A stretch of DNA of 64,000 nt from an uncultured Candidatus Saccharibacteria bacterium (GTDB lineage Bacteria; Patescibacteriota; Minisyncoccia; Phycocordibacterales; UBA12088), in assembly GCA_964411375.1 (NCBI GenBank), contig CAYPKR010000002.1, positions 129,960-193,959 of the forward strand, in the 5' to 3' direction. The notes beneath the pieces were generated by a model. That model worked only from the letters and a program-made list of their open reading frames with translations. It was not told where the DNA came from and did no database searches. This document shows positions 1 through 9,327 of this stretch, piece by piece; positions within the stretch are counted from its first letter, which is position 1, and every line of letters starts with the position of its first letter. The position numbers were made by a program, and so were the translations under genes.

Positions 1-236
1 AAAGGAATGGCGCGATTTTTCGTGCGCTCCATGAGTCCATCGATGTCGCGATCGATCACATTATTGAATGCACCAGCGGATCCCATAACGAGCGCGATGC
101 CGAGAAGTGTTCCGAGAAGCGAGGTGAGATTGATGACGCCGTGGGAAGCGAGAAGAAATCCGCCAATCACCGTAACGACATTGCCGTAGACAATTCCCGA
201 TTTGATCAACGAATAATAGTGTTTGATTTTTCCCAT
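1..236 (-). CDS. cyoE: Protoheme IX farnesyltransferase (heme O synthase), N-terminal part; gene continues beyond the window start
   Basis: Minus-strand translation from ATG at 236: MGKIKHYYSLIKSGIVYGNVVTVIGGFLLAS...NNVIDRDIDGLMERTKNRAIP. This is the UbiA-family DRDID..M.RT..RP motif. It lies directly downstream of cyoD on the same strand. Confidence 0.75.
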   Translation of the reverse strand, partial: MGKIKHYYSLIKSGIVYGNVVTVIGGFLLASHGVINLTSLLGTLLGIALVMGSAGAFNNVIDRDIDGLMERTKNRAIP

Positions 237-237
237 A

Positions 238-618
238 TTAATCACGCATTGTTTGCGGAGAATAATCGTTTGAGGCACCGCTCTCCATTCGCGGCATCAT
301 GTTGTTGTTTAAATGGTGCATGATCCAAAGTGATCCGCCAACCACAATTGTGATGATTATCAGAGTGAAAGAAATTGCGGCAATATTCCACCTCGCCGAC
401 TTCCCTTTTCCGATATGGAGGAAGAAGAAAAGTTGAATAAAAAACTGAATGAGCGCAAGAAGAATGATCCATCCCACAAGCAGATTTCCTGAAAGCATAT
501 GGCTCGCAACCGGCACATACGCCGCGAGCGTCAAAACAATTGAGAGAACAAATCCGATGGTGTACGACAAAAATGTTCCATCTGATTTCTCTGTAGTTGT
601 GTGAATGTTGGTATCCAT
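238..618 (-). CDS. cyoD: Cytochrome o/bo3 quinol oxidase subunit IV
   Basis: 126-aa protein with three hydrophobic helices. Its position after cyoC in the cyoABCD(E) order supports the call. Confidence 0.8.
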   Translation of the reverse strand: MDTNIHTTTEKSDGTFLSYTIGFVLSIVLTLAAYVPVASHMLSGNLLVGWIILLALIQFFIQLFFFLHIGKGKSARWNIAAISFTLIIITIVVGGSLWIMHHLNNNMMPRMESGASNDYSPQTMRD

Positions 619-620
619 AA

Positions 621-1223
621 TTACAAAGCGCCAAAAAGATAGACAAACGTGAAAATAAAAATCCAGATGATATCAAGGAAATGCCAGAATAGGCTGAAGC
701 AGGCGAGTTTTCGCATCGTCGATCCGGAAAGATCCCGAAGGAACACATGCGCCATAATGACAATCATCCACACGGAACCCAAGAAGACGTGGAGTCCGTG
801 TGTACCGACGAGCGCAAAAAATGCCGAGAGCGATGCACTCTCACGCCACGATGCACCTTCATGTACAAATTTGCCGAACTCATATACTTCCATTGAAACG
901 AACACGAGTCCGAGGATAAGTGTCACAATGAGTGAAATCAGTACCGCACTTTTCTTTCTTTGATGTGCAAATAAAAGCGCGAGTCCCGCAGTGAACGAAC
1001 TCGTGAGAAGTAGCATCGTCTCAATCAAGACAAATGGCAAACTAGAGAGTCCACCGACTGACGGCGCACCAAATGTATTTCCTCGAAGCACCGCAAACGT
1101 TGCAAAGAGCGCAGCAAAGAGTACGCAGTCACTTAAAATATAAATCCAAAAACCAAACGTCACTGCTTCGGTCTTTTCCCCTTCCGGATGATCAGCATGT
1201 AATTGTACGGAATGACTCGTCAT
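621..1223 (-). CDS. cyoC: Cytochrome o/bo3 quinol oxidase subunit III
   Basis: 200-aa polytopic membrane protein with a subunit-III-like sequence (HADHPEGEK...FGFWIYILSDCVLFA). It follows the subunit I gene. Confidence 0.85.
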   Translation of the reverse strand: MTSHSVQLHADHPEGEKTEAVTFGFWIYILSDCVLFAALFATFAVLRGNTFGAPSVGGLSSLPFVLIETMLLLTSSFTAGLALLFAHQRKKSAVLISLIVTLILGLVFVSMEVYEFGKFVHEGASWRESASLSAFFALVGTHGLHVFLGSVWMIVIMAHVFLRDLSGSTMRKLACFSLFWHFLDIIWIFIFTFVYLFGAL

Positions 1224-1225
1224 GA

Positions 1226-3199
1226 TTATTTGTTGAACTTCAAGGCTTCAATTTTTGCAATCTCGCTTCCTGGAAGTGTGTATTCGATTTTCTCTTCGAA
1301 TGACCTTGCAATAATACTCGTCACAATTCCAGCAATCGACACGACAACCAGCCACCACATCTGCCACACCATCCCAAAGCCAAAGAGAAAACTGAATCCG
1401 GCGATCATGAGCCCTACACCAGTATTTTTCGGCAAGTGAATGTCATCATATTTTGGAAGAAGTGTCGGGAGTTTCCCTTCACGTTTCATTTCCCAAAAGG
1501 CGTCGCGTTTTCCGCCGTCCGGTATGACTGCAAAATTATACTCTGGAGCGGGCGAGGAAGTGCTCCATTCAAGCGTGCGCGCATTCCATGGATCTCCGGT
1601 CGTATCGGTGCGCAATTTTCGATTCCGAATTCCTTCGAAAATTTGTACCACTTGGAGGAAAATCGCGAACGCGATAATACATGCGCCAATAGCGGCAACG
1701 ATGAGAAGCGAATGCCAACCAGTCGATGCATCGATATGATCAAGACGGCGAGTCATTCCCATGAGTCCGAGGACATAGAGCGGAATAAATGCGAGTACGA
1801 ATCCGATTATCCATGACCAAAATACCCACGTTCCGATCCGCTCCGACAATCGATATCCAAAAATCTTTGGCCACCAATACGCAAGTCCGGCAAAAAATCC
1901 GAACAAGACACCGCCAATTATCATGTTGTGGAAATGCGCGACGAGAAAGAGCGTGTTATGAAATTGAAAATCCACCCCTGGAATTGCCATGAGTACTCCG
2001 GTCATTCCCCCTATCGTGAACGTAACCAAAAATCCCATGAACCAGAGCATCGGCGTCGCAAAGGTGATCCGTCCGCGGAACATAGTGAAAAGCCAGTTGA
2101 ATACTTTGACGCCAGTTGGAATTGAAATCGCCATCGTCATGATGCCGAAAAATGCATTTACGTTTGCGCCTGCGCCCATCGTAAAAAAGTGATGGAGCCA
2201 CACCATGAACGACATGACAACGATCAAGAGTGTTGCGATAACCATCGACGTGTAGCCAAACAGTCGCTTTGCCGAAAAAACGGGGACAATTTCGGAAAAG
2301 ATTCCGAACGCCGGCAAGATAAGAATGTAGACTTCCGGATGCCCCCACGCCCAGATGAGATTGACGTACATCATAAGATTGCCACCTCCGTCTGCCGTAA
2401 AGAAATGCATACCGAGATATCGGTCGAGTGAAAGCGTTGCGAGTGTTGCGGTCAAAATTGGAAATGCGAATAAAACCAAAATCATTGAGCCTAAGCTCGT
2501 CCACACAAAAACCGGCATATTCATGAGTCGCATATTCGGCGTGCGCATTTTCACAATCGTTACGATGAAGTTTACTGCCGCGAGCAAAGTTCCTACTCCG
2601 GCAATCTGGAGTGCCCATATATAGTAGTCAACGCCCACTCCCGGAGAATACGCCATTTCAGAAAGCGGCGGATACGCGAGCCAGCCGGTCGCCGCAAATT
2701 CGCCGATAACCAGGGACGCGTTCACGAGCATCGCTCCTGCAACCGTCATCCAAAAACTAAAAGAGTTTAAAAATGGAAATGCGACATCACGTGCGCCGAT
2801 TTGGAGTGGAACGATACAATTCAACAGTCCAAACATAAACGGCATGGCGACGAAGAAAATCATGATAACGCCGTGCGCGGTAAATATTTGGTCATAATGA
2901 GATGCTTCGAGGAAACCGTTTGAAGTGCCAACTGCGATCGCTTGCTGGCCGCGCATCATTAAGGCATCGACTCCGCCACGAAAGAGCATTACTCCCGCAA
3001 GAACGAGATACATGATGCCGATTTTTTTTGCATCTACGCTCGTGAGCCATTCTTTCCATAGCCATCTAAATCGTTTGGTGTACCAGAGAATCGCAATCAC
3101 CGAAACACCTCCAAGCACAACCATCATCTGCGCGCCGGTTTCAATCGGGCCGTGAATGAAGGAATCGATCGTCAGTTTTCCAAATAAGGTTTCGAGCAT
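1226..3199 (-). CDS. cyoB: Heme-copper quinol oxidase subunit I
   Basis: 657 aa with about 14 TM segments and conserved subunit I signatures ([22 protein letters not shown], histidine ligands). Confidence 0.92.
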   Translation of the reverse strand: MLETLFGKLTIDSFIHGPIETGAQMMVVLGGVSVIAILWYTKRFRWLWKEWLTSVDAKKIGIMYLVLAGVMLFRGGVDALMMRGQQAIAVGTSNGFLEASHYDQIFTAHGVIMIFFVAMPFMFGLLNCIVPLQIGARDVAFPFLNSFSFWMTVAGAMLVNASLVIGEFAATGWLAYPPLSEMAYSPGVGVDYYIWALQIAGVGTLLAAVNFIVTIVKMRTPNMRLMNMPVFVWTSLGSMILVLFAFPILTATLATLSLDRYLGMHFFTADGGGNLMMYVNLIWAWGHPEVYILILPAFGIFSEIVPVFSAKRLFGYTSMVIATLLIVVMSFMVWLHHFFTMGAGANVNAFFGIMTMAISIPTGVKVFNWLFTMFRGRITFATPMLWFMGFLVTFTIGGMTGVLMAIPGVDFQFHNTLFLVAHFHNMIIGGVLFGFFAGLAYWWPKIFGYRLSERIGTWVFWSWIIGFVLAFIPLYVLGLMGMTRRLDHIDASTGWHSLLIVAAIGACIIAFAIFLQVVQIFEGIRNRKLRTDTTGDPWNARTLEWSTSSPAPEYNFAVIPDGGKRDAFWEMKREGKLPTLLPKYDDIHLPKNTGVGLMIAGFSFLFGFGMVWQMWWLVVVSIAGIVTSIIARSFEEKIEYTLPGSEIAKIEALKFNK

Positions 3200-3201
3200 A
3201 A

Positions 3202-4143
3202 TTAATGTGTGTGCATTTCCATTCCATCCATTGAATGAGAATGTTCGCTACCAACTTCATCCATTTCCGGCATCATAAATTTGTGGATGATTGAATCGAA
3301 CATCCCATCTTGGACACCGCCATAATATTGTACTGGATTATCACTTCGTGGTTTCTTCAGTACTTCGTATTCATAGTCATTCAACGTTGACGAAGAATTC
3401 TGAACGCCTTCGAGCCACTTTGAAAAATCTTCTTCCGAGCGTACTTGTGCCGTAAACACCATGCCTGCAAAATGCGGACCGCTAAAGTTTGCCGACGAGC
3501 CGCGATAATCACCAACCTTGTCTGCGATCAAATGAAGCGGCGTCTGCATTCCGGTCATTGCATATATTTGTCCGCCAAGTTGTGGAATCCAAAATGAATT
3601 CATCGGCGCATCTGCAGTAATTTTGAAATTGACTGGCGTGTCTACTGGAAACTGCACGAAATTCACCGTCGCAATGTGTTCATTTGGATAGATAAAAAGC
3701 CAGCGTGATGGAAGCGCGACCACTTGGATTTCAATCGGTGCAACTTCCGATTCGAGCGGCTTGTATGGATCAAGATCGTGTGTTGAGCCCCACGTAAGCG
3801 CACCAAGAACCAAAATAATTTCAAATGGAATCGCCCACCAAATGAGTTCGTCCATTTTTGCATGCTCCCAATCCGGTGTGTACGTGGCCGATGTATTCCC
3901 TGCCCGATAATGCCATGCAAAATAAAACGCGAGAATAAAAACGGGAATCACGACAATGAGCATAAGAAGGACTGCATTAATCATGAGCGTACGCTCTTTG
4001 GATGCGATGAGTCCATGCGGTTGTAAAATCGGAATCGGGTGTCCAAGCGTCAAAAATGCCAAGAGCCCCGCAAACGCGAGCGATGCAAATATAAAAATGA
4101 AAAGCTGGATCCGATGCCTCATCCTATGTGGAAAGTATAGCAT
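3202..4143 (-). CDS. cyoA: Quinol oxidase subunit II (CyoA-like) with a His/Met-rich C-terminal tail
   Basis: N-terminal TM anchors plus a cupredoxin-like periplasmic domain. The ORF-track start at 4206 would force translation through a perfect hairpin, so the start is trimmed to an internal Met (4143 or 4122). The C-terminus ends in ...[21 protein letters not shown]. Confidence 0.8.
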   Translation of the reverse strand: MLYFPHRMRHRIQLFIFIFASLAFAGLLAFLTLGHPIPILQPHGLIASKERTLMINAVLLMLIVVIPVFILAFYFAWHYRAGNTSATYTPDWEHAKMDELIWWAIPFEIILVLGALTWGSTHDLDPYKPLESEVAPIEIQVVALPSRWLFIYPNEHIATVNFVQFPVDTPVNFKITADAPMNSFWIPQLGGQIYAMTGMQTPLHLIADKVGDYRGSSANFSGPHFAGMVFTAQVRSEEDFSKWLEGVQNSSSTLNDYEYEVLKKPRSDNPVQYYGGVQDGMFDSIIHKFMMPEMDEVGSEHSHSMDGMEMHTH

Positions 4144-4157
4144 TCGGGTAGGACGGA

Positions 4158-4199
4158 AAATGCCGGATTTCGCCAAGGCGAAATCCGGCATTTTTCCTA
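4158..4199. terminator. Long perfect inverted repeat flanked by an A-tract and a T-tract; likely bidirectional intrinsic terminator between the VOC gene and cyoA
   Basis: GGAAAATGCCGGATTTCGCC-AAGG-GGCGAAATCCGGCATTTTTCC, a stem of about 18 bp. Confidence 0.5.
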
Positions 4200-4212
4200 C
4201 CTTCATTCCCTC

Positions 4213-4707
4213 CTACCCTTTGTACGCCGCGTCCAAATCAGCAACCACAATCTTTTTCATCTTAAGCATCGCCTGCGTTGCGCGACCGCTTGCTGCTGGA
4301 TCTTTTTCGTTAAACCAGCGAGCCATGTCAGGAACAATCTGCCACGAAAAGCCGAATTTATCTTTGAGCCATCCACACTGCTGTGCTGATGGATCGCCGC
4401 CTTCGGTCAAAGCATTCCAGTACTTGTCGATTTCTTCCTGATCTTTACATTCAACCAAGAACGAGATTGCACCAGATGCTTTAAACACCGGTCCACCGTC
4501 GAGCGCCATAAATCGCTGACCAAAAAGTTCAAATACTCCGGTCAAAACCTTGCCGTCAAAACCCGCCATTGGTCCTTCGGTGATTCCCGATGGGTAGCGT
4601 TGGATCGTAACGATCTTTGAATCCGGAAATAGAGACGTGTAAAACTGCATCGCTTCTTCAGCGTTGTTGTTTTCAAACCAGAGAAACGGAGTAACTTTCT
4701 GAATCAT
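4213..4707 (-). CDS. VOC-superfamily protein (PhnB / 3-demethylubiquinone-9 3-methyltransferase-like domain)
   Basis: 164 aa. N-terminal MIQKVTPFLWFENNNAEEAMQFYTSLF... and a ...GFSWQIVP C-terminal signature typical of PhnB-like VOC proteins. Confidence 0.7.
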   Translation of the reverse strand: MIQKVTPFLWFENNNAEEAMQFYTSLFPDSKIVTIQRYPSGITEGPMAGFDGKVLTGVFELFGQRFMALDGGPVFKASGAISFLVECKDQEEIDKYWNALTEGGDPSAQQCGWLKDKFGFSWQIVPDMARWFNEKDPAASGRATQAMLKMKKIVVADLDAAYKG

Positions 4708-4753
4708 AGTTGATTTGATTAATGTATAATTTCATTCGCATTACATTCGCGAC

Positions 4754-5155
4754 CTACATTCCCTTGGGCTGCAGAATTCCAACCTGATTCCCTTCCGTAT
4801 CAATTATTGATGCGTAGAGTCCGATTCCCGGAATATCATCGGGTACGCCAGGAACAAGTCCACCAAGCACTTTACCTCCCGCATCCGCAACCTTTTTCAT
4901 TGCCGCTTCGATATCATCGACGGCGATAACAACCGATACTCCCTGATCCGGCTTTGTTCGCTTAAACATGCCTCCATTTATTCTTCCCGGTTCTTTCAGC
5001 ATATTTTTCTCATCCGTTTCTGCGGTATGCACAACGACATACTCTCCCATTTCGGGACCGAGCATCTGCGCCTGCCAGCCGAAGGTTTTGGTATAAAAAT
5101 CAGCCATGCGCTGTTTGTCTTCATATGGCATTTCGAAGTGAACTACCGGATTCAT
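4754..5155 (-). CDS. Glyoxalase/bleomycin-resistance (VOC) family protein
   Basis: 133 aa: MNPVVHFEMPYEDKQRMADFYTKTFGW...GNQVGILQ, the glyoxalase-like beta-alpha-beta-beta-beta pattern. Confidence 0.75.
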   Translation of the reverse strand: MNPVVHFEMPYEDKQRMADFYTKTFGWQAQMLGPEMGEYVVVHTAETDEKNMLKEPGRINGGMFKRTKPDQGVSVVIAVDDIEAAMKKVADAGGKVLGGLVPGVPDDIPGIGLYASIIDTEGNQVGILQPKGM

Positions 5156-5658
5156 AGAGGTGCGTTAATTGATACACGGGCAGTATATCACGCGAAGATG
5201 AGGGCTTCTTGAAGGAGAAAAAGGCGACGATTTTAGGCTCCCTTTAAGGGCGACAACGTACAAGCGAAACGCAACATACTTTCCTCTCTTAGTTCGAACC
5301 TAAAAATTACGTTGTGGCACAAGACTCAAAAGAAAAAAGAGCCAAAAGACCCTGTTTTTTTTACTTTGCTCGCCTTACTGAACGATTTTCGAACTTTTGA
5401 CTGGGCTTCCGAGTACAAATATCCGACTGTGGTACTCGACCAGATGAAAGGCCTGTTGGCCAAGTATGAGAACGTATAACCCCTGATTTTCCACCTGGTT
5501 GCCCCTGTGGCGAGCGTTCATGCACGGGACGACGATTGACACACTTCGCACCCTCGACCACCACGTTGCCCCGATTTGAACCCGTGGCGCAAAACTGTGG
5601 GTAACTGCGCCAAAATGAGCTTGGCTTCGCTCGCAAAAGAGCATAGGGTCGGGTTGCG

Positions 5659-5970
5659 ATGGAAGAATCCGTGGACATCGACGCGGCCATCAAAGCCGCC
5701 AAAGATATACGACTTAAATACCGGAAAGGCACGCTCAATCCGCTCTCTTTGCTTCCGGAGCCGAAAGCCAAACTAAAAGCCGCTTTGAAAGATCGTATGA
5801 GACTCCTTGCGGGCGTATACATTTCACTCGCCAGTTTCGTCGAGGATGGCGACGTGCTCTTTGCCGAGCGCAATCCGAAGTCAAAGAAAACAAAACGAAT
5901 ATATCTCAAAGTCCTCGAGGACATGGAAACGGCGCAGAAAGAACTGCGCCGTTTTAAGTTGTTGGAGTAA
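5659..5970 (+). CDS. Hypothetical small protein (103 aa)
   Basis: Protein-like composition (MEESVDIDAAIKAAKDIRLKYRKG...). The first in-frame ATG follows an in-frame stop. It overlaps the 3' end of the convergent KAP gene by 17 nt. Confidence 0.35.
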   Translation: MEESVDIDAAIKAAKDIRLKYRKGTLNPLSLLPEPKAKLKAALKDRMRLLAGVYISLASFVEDGDVLFAERNPKSKKTKRIYLKVLEDMETAQKELRRFKLLE

Positions 5971-8900
5971 CTTCGGCTGTAGTAGCTGCCGCTTGCGCCA
6001 CCTCGGCAACATTATCATCCAAGACTTTATAAACCATCGGTATATATTTCTTATAGGATGCCTCGTCATTTCCTACGAACACAATTTTATCCTTGTCCTC
6101 AAGTTTAAGTGCTTTAAAGGCATCACCATGCTTTTGCCAAAAGGCAGCAAGTTTTACTTTATCTAGTACCTTCGTAAATTCATTGATACTTGGTACATAT
6201 TTCAATCCATCTTCTCGCGCAGAAGCAAACGCATTGGCGAAATTACGGAATAGATAATCGATAAAATATTCAGCATTTTGGGTTTTGGTTGGATCAAAAC
6301 ATACCTCAAATAAATAATTATTCACCGCATCTCTAATTCCCTGATTATCTCCAGTTCCGGCAGGATCATAGTAGCCGCATCCCGCCCCTAGGTTGATTTC
6401 AGCATTTGCCATTTGATAAAGAATGAATGCTCCGACTCTTGTCTTAAGTTCGATGGTTTTCTTCTCAAGATCTTCAACCTTGAAAACACCCTCAGATATT
6501 TTTTGATTTACAAAATCCCCGTATTTTCCAACAAGGTCGCTTGTCTCTAGAGCATCAATTTCTTCAAAGATATTTTTCTTTGGGACAATATAACGAGTAT
6601 TAAATATATCGAAGGCCTTTTGAGATATTTCTCTCATTTCTTCGCATGCAATATCTCTCGTAGAACCTTGTGTTGGAGCGTTCGGATTAGCATGTTGTGC
6701 TACAGCACGGGATAAATCAAAAATATCACCGCCACGGTCTGCGCTACACGATAATCTAAAAAGCATCAGGTCATGAACTCCTAGTACGCCTCTGCTTTCT
6801 TCCGAAAGCCTGCCGAGAACTCCGTTACCGGCATGTCGGCCGTCACCAAATATCCATTCAGCAATTTCTGCGATATGCGGCTCTACGTTGTTGGCATGTT
6901 TTCCTGCCGGATCAATCCAGCCAGCGTCATTGAGTAGCCTCGTGAGGAAATAATCGAGATTATGCCGTAATCCCATGCCCACATTCGGATCGCCCATTTC
7001 AAGCAATGAATATTCGGGTATCGTGTTTAAGAGATGATCAATAATTTCTGTTGCAATATCGTGCGGCAATTCTCGAGCATTATTTACCAATATGCGCCAT
7101 AGTCGCTCTCTAGGATATTCTCCCTCTGTATAGGCAAATTTTGGATCAGCAAAGGCCGAAGCAACAGTTGTTGTTTTATCTAGAATCTTTTCTCTCCATG
7201 ACATATAAAACCTATGTTGACCAATATCTACAGGTTTGGAGAGATTTACGATCAAATCCAAGTATGTCTCAAGATTTCTTCCATTCGTCCAGCCACCATT
7301 GAAACACGCAAGCGAAGTACGCACATCCTCCGGTACACTGTCGATGCGGGCATAGTCATTTCCTCGTGGGAAGCTTTCTCCGAGTGACTTGAGCCTTACA
7401 TCAACGTTAAATACTTGATCTAAAAGGAAACGTTGGTGACTATCTTTGGGAAATTGCTCAAGATATTCGTGGTAATAAGTCGAGTTCTTGTAGGTAGAGT
7501 CGCTGAAAGATGAGCGTCGTTGGCCATTAGTATCTTCCGGATAGCCATCTTCGTGAGGTAGCACGAGAGAAAAGAAACCGCGTCCACCTTTTGTTTCAGT
7601 ATCATATATTTTTCGAAAGACACTCGGATAGTGGATATAAATCAGCAATAGGTTAATAAGGTCTCTCTTGTCGAAATCGCTGTTTTGGAAATTAGTGTTT
7701 TGAAGATCAAACATCAAAACGGTATTTATAAGCCGCTTCAGTTTTCTAACATCTCCAATGAATGGAAGATACCGGTGGTAAATTGATGATTTGTATATAT
7801 CAAGTAAACCGCCCACCGCTTGCCGTACAGGAAGCGGGTCGACCAAGCTAGTCGTAAGCGTTTTTTCAAGATTGTCGGACACGTAGTTTGCCAGATCTGC
7901 CCGTTCCAAGTAAAGACTAATCTTTATATTCACAAACTTTTCTAAAAATTCACCAACCTTTTCTATATCCGGAGTTTCAGCTTCTAAAATGCCGATGTTT
8001 TCAGTGTCATAACAAATAACATAAGAGACGTTCGGAAATGCAAAGCTCTTTCTAATAACAAATAGGATTTCTTTTATTTCCTCAAAACTTATCCGGTCCA
8101 AATCGTCGATAACAATTATCACTTTCTTTGGAAAACGTTTAAGCACAGCACCTAAGTCATCACATGCTTCGTCGGCCGTGTAATCAACTGCAAACGATGG
8201 CAAAGTTAGTCCGAACAGAGAGAATCTGCTTATTTCTTTTAATAGTCGAGCGTAGCGTGAGATCAGCGGCTTAATTTCAGGAATGAAGGAGTCTTTCTGT
8301 ATTGCATGAATAAGTCCATCAATGAATATCTCAAGTAGGTTGGCTGTTCCGAGATAACGCAGAGGACTAAATTTGTATATGACAACCTCTCTTGCATGTT
8401 TCTCCTCCCAATATTCTTTGCAAAAGTTAATGAAAGTTGATTTTCCGATACCCCATGGCGCGTCCACGCCAAATACAAAGCTTTCAGGCGATCCACTATT
8501 AAAGACCTGCTCTGCGAACCTCTCTGCTTTTTCTGAAAAGTTAAGAAGATCGCTATCTTTGTTCTCTAATTCCTTATCTACAACAAACGATGAGTCGTTC
8601 TTTTTCTCATTCCAGATAAGTACTAACTGTCTCAACATTACAAGTATCCCCAAAATAAATGGAGCGGAAATAAGAGTAAGTATTTGAAGAATATTCAAGG
8701 ACGAGACAATTTTTATGTCCCAGTTTGATAAAAAACCTCCCCAAACTACACTTAACAAAATTCCAAAGACAAAAGCGACGACAACATCGATACGTCCACT
8801 TTTAGCAATCTTTTTAATATCGGAAAAGATGCCACGCGCCAGTAGGTATAAGATCAGCAAAGCAACTCCAAATAGAGATAGCGTTATAGCGGCACTCTCG

Positions 8901-9082
8901 TAATTACTAACTTCGATCCACTTATTGAGCTTATCTGAAAGCAGTAGTGATAAATGCCACACCTCTGCACTTAAGATACCTAAGAAGGCTGTTTTGATCA
9001 GCATTACCAAATTTGCCGTTATGATACGGAAATCGGAGAGAGTTTCTCCTAGTTTTTTGATAGATGGTTTAATTTCTCTCAT
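5954..9082 (-). CDS. KAP-family P-loop NTPase, membrane-anchored (defense-island NTPase)
   Basis: 1042 aa. About four hydrophobic helices precede the Walker A motif GVDAPWGIGKSTFINF. A Walker B motif VIIVIDDLDR follows, then a long helical C-terminal region, which is typical of KAP NTPases. The gene is A+T-rich. Confidence 0.8.
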   Translation of the reverse strand: MREIKPSIKKLGETLSDFRIITANLVMLIKTAFLGILSAEVWHLSLLLSDKLNKWIEVSNYESAAITLSLFGVALLILYLLARGIFSDIKKIAKSGRIDVVVAFVFGILLSVVWGGFLSNWDIKIVSSLNILQILTLISAPFILGILVMLRQLVLIWNEKKNDSSFVVDKELENKDSDLLNFSEKAERFAEQVFNSGSPESFVFGVDAPWGIGKSTFINFCKEYWEEKHAREVVIYKFSPLRYLGTANLLEIFIDGLIHAIQKDSFIPEIKPLISRYARLLKEISRFSLFGLTLPSFAVDYTADEACDDLGAVLKRFPKKVIIVIDDLDRISFEEIKEILFVIRKSFAFPNVSYVICYDTENIGILEAETPDIEKVGEFLEKFVNIKISLYLERADLANYVSDNLEKTLTTSLVDPLPVRQAVGGLLDIYKSSIYHRYLPFIGDVRKLKRLINTVLMFDLQNTNFQNSDFDKRDLINLLLIYIHYPSVFRKIYDTETKGGRGFFSLVLPHEDGYPEDTNGQRRSSFSDSTYKNSTYYHEYLEQFPKDSHQRFLLDQVFNVDVRLKSLGESFPRGNDYARIDSVPEDVRTSLACFNGGWTNGRNLETYLDLIVNLSKPVDIGQHRFYMSWREKILDKTTTVASAFADPKFAYTEGEYPRERLWRILVNNARELPHDIATEIIDHLLNTIPEYSLLEMGDPNVGMGLRHNLDYFLTRLLNDAGWIDPAGKHANNVEPHIAEIAEWIFGDGRHAGNGVLGRLSEESRGVLGVHDLMLFRLSCSADRGGDIFDLSRAVAQHANPNAPTQGSTRDIACEEMREISQKAFDIFNTRYIVPKKNIFEEIDALETSDLVGKYGDFVNQKISEGVFKVEDLEKKTIELKTRVGAFILYQMANAEINLGAGCGYYDPAGTGDNQGIRDAVNNYLFEVCFDPTKTQNAEYFIDYLFRNFANAFASAREDGLKYVPSINEFTKVLDKVKLAAFWQKHGDAFKALKLEDKDKIVFVGNDEASYKKYIPMVYKVLDDNVAEVAQAAATTAEVTPTT

Positions 9083-9147
9083 GCTTAATACATCAATTAT
9101 CCACTTTTTAAGTTGAGATGTAAAGAATTGTAAAGTATAATTCTATT

Positions 9148-9324
9148 ATGACAGGCAAAGAGTTCTACACCGCTCAAGAATTAGCCGATAAATTAGGGGT
9201 AAATATTATGACTATTTACCGCTATATCAAAGCTAAGAAATTCAAGGCCTATAAATTAGGTAAGGAATTCAGAATAGACAAAGCCGATTTCAAATCTTTC
9301 ATGGAAAAGGCAAAGACCATTTAA
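9148..9324 (+). CDS. Small excisionase/MerR-type HTH DNA-binding protein (59 aa); putative controller of the R-M operon
   Basis: Translation from ATG at 9148 gives MTGKEFYTAQELADKLGVNIMTIYRYIKAKKFKAYKLGKEFRIDKADFKSFMEKAKTI. The ORF is below the 60-aa cutoff of the supplied track. Its stop lies 3 nt before the methyltransferase start. Confidence 0.65.
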   Translation: MTGKEFYTAQELADKLGVNIMTIYRYIKAKKFKAYKLGKEFRIDKADFKSFMEKAKTI

Positions 9325-9327
9325 TTT

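Noticed and set aside
4144-4206. ORF-track 5' extension of cyoA (MKVGKMPDFALAKSGIF...)
   Set aside because: These codons are simply the translation of a perfect terminator hairpin. The true start is an internal Met.
5200-5320. Possible tmRNA or tRNA gene suggested by GGTTCGAAC / TTCGAACCT T-loop-like sequences
   Set aside because: I could not build an acceptor stem or a CCA end. There is no tag-peptide reading frame with an Ala-Ala terminus. It is kept only as a possible att or tRNA remnant in the findings.
5361-5924. 187-aa minus-strand ORF, with a nested 5375..5644 ORF, in the GC-rich block
   Set aside because: Extremely Ser/Arg/Pro-rich, the typical product of an off-frame reading of GC-rich DNA. 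It has no motif and overlaps a better plus-strand ORF.
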